A DNA stretch of 64,000 nt from Octopus vulgaris (taxonomy: Eukaryota), in contig OX597823.1 in assembly GCA_951406725.2 (NCBI GenBank), positions 19,158,001-19,222,000 of the forward strand, in the 5' to 3' direction. Numbering within the stretch: the stretch's first letter is position 1; every line of letters starts with the position of its first letter. The position numbers were made by a program, and so were the translations under genes. Under the pieces are notes generated by a model. That model saw only the letters and a program-made list of their open reading frames with translations. It was not told the DNA's origin and ran no database searches. Shown here one piece after another: positions 62,050 through 64,000 of this stretch.

Positions 62050-62629
62050 TGCTCTCCATTTTTTGCTCTTCCATTCTTTCCCCTCTCCTCATAAATATCC
62101 ACACACTTGGTTAGTTCACATCACTCCATGAGGAGCATAGGGCTGATCTCCTGGTCTACAGATTAAATTGTCTTTTGGCCATTTTCCAGACTCGTCTGGC
62201 ACGTAAAAAGCACCCACTACACTCATAGAGTGGTTGGCGTTAGGAAGGGCATCCAGCTGTAGAAACATTGCCAGATCAAACTGGGCCTGGTGCAGCCTTC
62301 TGGCTTCCCAGACCTCAGTTGAACCGTCCAACCCATGCTAGCATGAAAAGCGGACACTAAACGATGATGATGATGAATGATGATGATTTGTTGTGAACTG
62401 AATTCCGGTTACGAAAAATTTTTTTTGTGACATGTTGTCATGGTTACCTATACAGTACATTAGTAAAGTCGTTTATACTAACAGAGCCAAACAATATTGT
62501 ATATAACACAGCTTTGTTGCTGTGTCTATATGTATATCTGTGTGTATTGCTGTGTTTGTGTATATCGTGCAAGTCACTTTGTGCAGGTAGTATATAGGCT
62601 TTCCAACTACATGTGCGTGAATACACATG

Positions 62630-63730
62630 AAGAGTGGCTGTGTGGTAAGTAACTTGCTAACCAACCACATGGTTCCAGGTCCAGTCCCACTGCGTGGCAC
62701 CTTGGGCAAGGCCAACCAAAGCCTTGTGAGTGAATTTGGTAGACAGGAACTGAAAGAAGCCCATTGCATATACATATATGTATATGTTTGTGTGTGTGCG
62801 TTTATGTCTCTGTAACTTAGCAGTTCAGCAAAAGACACCAATAGAATAAGTACTAAGCTTACAAAGAATGTCTTGCGATCAATTTGTTCGACTAAAGGTG
62901 GTGCTCCAGCATGGTCGCAGTCATATGACTGAAACAAGTGAAAGAATATAGGTACAGGCGTGTCTGTGTGGTAAGAGGCTTGCTTCCGGTTCAATCCCAC
63001 TGCATGGCACCTTTGGCAAGTGTCTTCTACTATAGCCTTGGGCCAACCAAAGTCTTGTGAGTGGATTTGGTGGACAGAAACTGAAAGAAGCCGGTGTGTG
63101 TATGTTTATCTGTTTGTCCTACCACCATAGCTTGACAACTGATGCTGGCATGTTTACGTCCCCCGTAACTTAGCGGTTCAGTAAATGAGACTGATAGAAT
63201 ATGTACTAGGCTTACAGAGAATAAGTCCTGGGGTCAGCTGGTTCAATTAAAGGCGATGCTCCAGCATGGCCAGTCAAATGACTGAAGTAAACAAGAATAA
63301 AAAAGTATATATGTATGTGTGTGTCTTTCTGTCTGTTTGTGTCCCCCGTAACATTAGTAGTTTGGCAGAAGAGATTGATAGAATAAGTACCAGATTTCAA
63401 AGAAAAAAAAAAGCACTGGGGTTGATTCAGTAGTTGGGGTTAAGGTCATTGTGCAACCCCATGGTTTTGGGTTCAGTCTCACTGCACACTCCCTTGAGCT
63501 CACTAATGCCTTGTGAATGAATTGGTAGATGGAAACTATGTGGAATCCTATTGTGTGTGTTTGTGTGTGTGTGTGTGTTCCCTATTTTCTCTTGACCACC
63601 AGTGTTGGTTTGCTTACATCCACATAACTTGTTAGACAACAAGCAGGAAAATAGTGCAGAGGTAATGTTTTCTTCTAAATTCTTCAAGGCTGTGCTCCAG
63701 CATGGCCTTTGTGCTATGATTGAAACAAAT
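62630..63730 (+). mobile_element. Head-to-tail cluster of three to four family A SINEs of different ages
   Basis: Copies begin near 62630, 62950, 63320 (partial) and 63445. Confidence 0.78.
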
Positions 63731-64000
63731 ACAAACTAAGCTCATCAGAATAAAGCAATGTAGCTTTCCAGTTAGTTACAGAAAATATATTAATAGGATT
63801 TTTCTCTTGTCATCCAGATGGCTGGTTTTCTAAGTTAACTGTCAGTTTCCATAGTTTACAGAACCATTTTCTCAGTGTTTGGTTCCGCCAGGTGGTTAGA
63901 AAGAGAGAGAGAGAGAGAGAGGTGGAAGAGTTAATTGCTAGGTATTTCTAGCATCCATCTTACTACATGATGGTAGATCGTCTACTGTAATAATGTTGGT

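Overview
This is AT-rich, repeat-dense animal genomic DNA. The SINE/LINE families look like those of octopus (inferred from recall, not from a search). The window lies inside the 5' part of an afadin (AFDN/AF-6/canoe) gene on the + strand. Three GT-AG coding exons (10051-10243, 48414-48526, 59642-59921) splice in frame and encode the first Ras-association domain and the basic linker after it, across introns of about 38 kb and 11 kb. The introns hold a young 5'-truncated RTE-clade LINE (antisense, about 764 uninterrupted codons) with about 20 relatives, at least three SINE families, TTAA piggyBac-type MITEs, hAT MITEs, a Helitron, mariner/Tc1 remnants, a foldback element and five mini-satellites. 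Best leads: (1) a C4HC3 PHD-type finger inside the RT region of the RTE protein, also present in an older copy; (2) three minus-strand minimal hammerhead-ribozyme-like motifs of Penelope type; (3) a hairpin array in the RTE 3' UTR; (4) repeated insertion into (TA)n tracts, including tracts carried inside SINEs; (5) several dsRNA-forming inverted structures in the afadin pre-mRNA. Repeat boundaries were read by eye and are approximate unless TSDs or TIRs are quoted.
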